Source: a virus
DNA: 64,000 nucleotides
IMG/VR virus record: IMGVR_UViG_3300027509_000002
Coordinates: 1 to 64,000 of that record
Strand: one strand, 5' to 3'
Shown: positions 62,112 through 64,000 of the stretch, in pieces
How positions within the stretch are numbered: the first letter of the stretch is position 1
Layout of the letters: the number at the start of each line of letters is the position of its first letter
The notes under the pieces: generated by a model
Told to the model about the DNA's origin: nothing
The model's input: the letters and a program-made list of their open reading frames with translations, nothing else
The model's database searches: none
Position numbers and translations under genes: made by a program

Positions 62112-62256
62112 AATCAAATGGTGGAATTGGTAGACACTGAGTTAGAGAGAGGAAAGACCGCATGTATTAAGGTTTGAAACTTTACCTTACTAACAATATG
62201 TTTTGCACTGAAATACATTAAGTGTAAGATTGTAGGTTCGAGTCCTACTTTGATTA
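62112..62256 (+). tRNA. non-canonical tRNA-like gene (Leu-type D arm, 145 nt)
   Basis: Acceptor AATCAAA/TTTGATT with discriminator A, and U8. D arm GTG-GAATTGGTAGA-CAC. T arm GTAGG-TTCGAGT-CCTAC. There are 94 nt between the D and T arms, and I could find no 5-bp/7-nt anticodon arm by hand. Confidence 0.5.
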
Positions 62257-62294
62257 CAACTGACACCTCCTTTTATCTGGATTGAGTTTTGACT

Positions 62295-62317
62295 GCTAGG
62301 AAAGACTAGCTTTTTTT
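62295..62317 (+). terminator. Rho-independent terminator after the tRNA-like gene
   Basis: GCTAG, loop GAAAGA, CTAGC, then T7. Confidence 0.75.
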
Positions 62318-62333
62318 AACTTTAAACAACACA

Positions 62334-62591
62334 ATGAAATATTTAATTATACCAGCAATACTTTTCAGCCTTAACGCAAAAGCTCAAAGAGTGAGTGATC
62401 CATGCATGTATAATGACTCAGTAGTTTATGTAGATACAGAAGTAGTGTATAATGATACAATACAGCTATCGACTAGAATCTTTAATGACTCAGTGGCATA
62501 CAAAGAGTATATACAAATGCTTATGAGACAGGAAGAGGATGTGATTAAAAATCTATATTATTACAACGGACGGCCAATTATGGCTCATTAA
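62334..62591 (+). CDS. small secreted protein
   Basis: Signal peptide MKYLIIPAILFSLNAKAQ. Confidence 0.5.
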   Translation: MKYLIIPAILFSLNAKAQRVSDPCMYNDSVVYVDTEVVYNDTIQLSTRIFNDSVAYKEYIQMLMRQEEDVIKNLYYYNGRPIMAH

Positions 62592-62892
62592 CATTGTTCT
62601 TTTGGGCCAGTAAGGCATGCAGTACTGGTGAATCATAGTGGCCATTGACACCAACTTCAATCACATATTCTGTATAGTCAGTCCAATATCCTCTAAAAAT
62701 AAAAGTGTCTTCATCATATTGATCAGCAACAAACGAAATACTATAAGGATCAAAAGTCTCTTCAATCATTAATCTGTTTCCATCTTCTAAGTGTACTACA
62801 TGAAAAACAGTATTATCATCAACAACGGTGTGTTGAAATTCTGAAAAATTATTGAAAGTTGCAAGCATCATCATTACTAAAAGGCTATCCAT
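62578..62892 (-). CDS. hypothetical protein (lone minus-strand ORF)
   Basis: ORF track. Converges on 62334-62591 with a 14-nt overlap. Confidence 0.4.
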   Translation of the reverse strand: MDSLLVMMMLATFNNFSEFQHTVVDDNTVFHVVHLEDGNRLMIEETFDPYSISFVADQYDEDTFIFRGYWTDYTEYVIEVGVNGHYDSPVLHALLAQKNNVNEP

Positions 62893-62955
62893 GGTATTAT
62901 GGTTTATTTGGTTTATATTAGTCTTACACGTAAAACAAAGATAAAAGGTTACATT

Positions 62956-63138
62956 ATGATAAGCAAAATTTTCTGGAATATATTCGCATCCCTCACCACA
63001 TTATTTGTCGTTTACCTTGTTTTGGCTTTTGTAGCTGGAACAATTGATTGCTTGGATTGGAATATATGGGTCAGGCTTGCATATGCTTTTGTATTTTTAA
63101 GAGTTGTATTTGTATTCGTAACAAGTGTAGCAGAGTAG
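62956..63138 (+). CDS. small two-TM membrane protein
   Basis: Start moved to ATG 62956. Product starts MISKIFWNIFASLTTLFVVYLVLAFVAG, and RLAYAFVFLRVVFVFV follows. Confidence 0.45.
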   Translation: MISKIFWNIFASLTTLFVVYLVLAFVAGTIDCLDWNIWVRLAYAFVFLRVVFVFVTSVAE

Positions 63139-63140
63139 AT

Positions 63141-63470
63141 ATGAAGAACGCAAGACTATATGTACCAAAGATACAGTCGCTATATGCGATATTCTTTGAC
63201 GGTAAGAATGAAAAGGAGCTGATCGAGTTTGTAGGTGAATACCATGACATTGTTCGTGCAGAGATGGCAGATATTAAAAAATTGATGTTTCTGGATGCTG
63301 ATGACAAATTAATAGCAGTGGCACTGGAAGGGTGCTATACCATTAAGCATATGCACGGTCAATTTGAAATGATGGGTGAACAAGAATTCAAAAGTAGATA
63401 CGAGATAGTGCCTACGTGGGATGATCTAAGAAATAATTTATTTAGGGCAGAGCATAATGTATATGTGTAA
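63141..63470 (+). CDS. hypothetical protein
   Basis: Start moved to ATG 63141 (MKNARLYV), 2 nt after the previous stop. Confidence 0.45.
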   Translation: MKNARLYVPKIQSLYAIFFDGKNEKELIEFVGEYHDIVRAEMADIKKLMFLDADDKLIAVALEGCYTIKHMHGQFEMMGEQEFKSRYEIVPTWDDLRNNLFRAEHNVYV

Positions 63471-63520
63471 AATTGATAAATACATATTAATGTATTAACT
63501 TTGAAGCAAAATTTAACACA

Positions 63521-64000
63521 ATGGAAGATAAAATACATGAATTAATAAAGATAGCTATGCCCATTAGTATAGATGACAAAGGTAGACAAGTAACCTCTGC
63601 AAGAGACCTATATACTTTCCTAGAATTGAAGGAAAGATTCTCAAAATGGATGGATCGCATGCTGAGCTATGGATTTTCGGAACACACTGATTATCAGCGT
63701 GTGTACCATTTGGTACACCCGACAAAAGGAGCACCATCAGTAAAGAAATTAGACTATGCTCTTACATTAGATACCAGTAAGCATATAGCTATGGTTCAAA
63801 AGACACCAAAAGGTAAATTAGCAAGACAGTATTATATCGATATAGAAAAAAAGCATAGAACACACCAGCATGCATTACCACAGACTTATGCAGCAGCTCT
63901 TTTTGAGGCAGCTAAAATGGCAGCTAGAAATGAAGAGCTAGAAAAAGGACTAACGGAGTGTAGACCGTTTTTAAATTATGCAGAAGCGTTCATGGGTACT
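63521..64000 (+). CDS. AntA-like antirepressor domain protein (5' partial, runs off the window)
   Basis: Open frame from ATG 63521 to the window end. ARDLYTFLELKERFSKWMDRMLSYGFSEHTDY matches the AntA/AntB N-terminal pattern. Confidence 0.6.
   Translation, partial: MEDKIHELIKIAMPISIDDKGRQVTSARDLYTFLELKERFSKWMDRMLSYGFSEHTDYQRVYHLVHPTKGAPSVKKLDYALTLDTSKHIAMVQKTPKGKLARQYYIDIEKKHRTHQHALPQTYAAALFEAAKMAARNEELEKGLTECRPFLNYAEAFMGT

Noticed and set aside
62139-62231. A group I or group II intron as the explanation for the oversized tRNA-like gene.
   Set aside because: The excess is only about 60-70 nt. The smallest natural group I introns are about 200 nt, and no P3-P7-like pairing or internal guide is visible. 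The nature of the insertion is left open.
1-64000. CRISPR arrays, rRNA genes, integrase/transposase genes, long terminal or tandem repeats, and reverse transcriptase (retron/DGR) systems.
   Set aside because: Reading both strands, I saw no regularly spaced direct repeats and no recognisable recombinase, RT or rRNA signatures. The only repeats found are the short promoter-like boxes, the 25.5-kb direct repeat and the paralogous gene pairs reported above.

Overview
This window is an AT-rich, very gene-dense stretch (about 100 ORFs) of a large tailed dsDNA phage genome. No rRNA, CRISPR array, integrase or transposase was seen. Start codons almost never have a Shine-Dalgarno sequence, TAnnTTTG-type -7 boxes occur, and several products have Cys-lipobox signal peptides. 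These point to a Bacteroidota (flavobacterial-type) host, but that is an inference.

Layout:
- 1-4136 (+): a GT-B glycosyltransferase, unknown ORFs and a primase.
- 4123-25288 (-): a long replication/recombination arm. It holds a DnaB-like helicase, SbcCD-like nuclease, AAA ATPase, SSB candidate, flap endonuclease, MazG-like protein, DnaE-type Pol III alpha, two tandem DNA methyltransferases, a RuvC-like resolvase, a displaced large terminase, a DnaQ-like exonuclease and an SF2 helicase.
- 25289-25860: a 572-nt ORF-poor divergent control region.
- 25861-57123 (+): recA, a phage sigma-70 factor, portal, MuF-like protein, a metallophosphoesterase, a glycosyltransferase island, an M15 endolysin, four giant K/E-rich polyvalent-type proteins, a prohead protease/scaffold fusion, the major capsid protein and connector-type genes.
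- 57244-64000: a run of small, translationally coupled ORFs, an HNH endonuclease, a non-canonical 145-nt tRNA-like gene and the 5' part of an AntA-like antirepressor gene.

Most noteworthy:
- The 9.4-kb block of polyvalent proteins carrying GNAT-like, ADP-ribosyltransferase, HExxH and Nudix domains, with recurring short peptide modules.
- The tRNA-like gene with a roughly 60-70-nt excess in its anticodon/variable region.
- The structured divergent intergenic region.
- A phage-wide promoter-like motif that sometimes directly abuts start codons.
- A late-region glycosyltransferase island invaded by a GIY-YIG homing endonuclease.

All functional calls come from motifs read by eye in the supplied translations. 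No database search was run.
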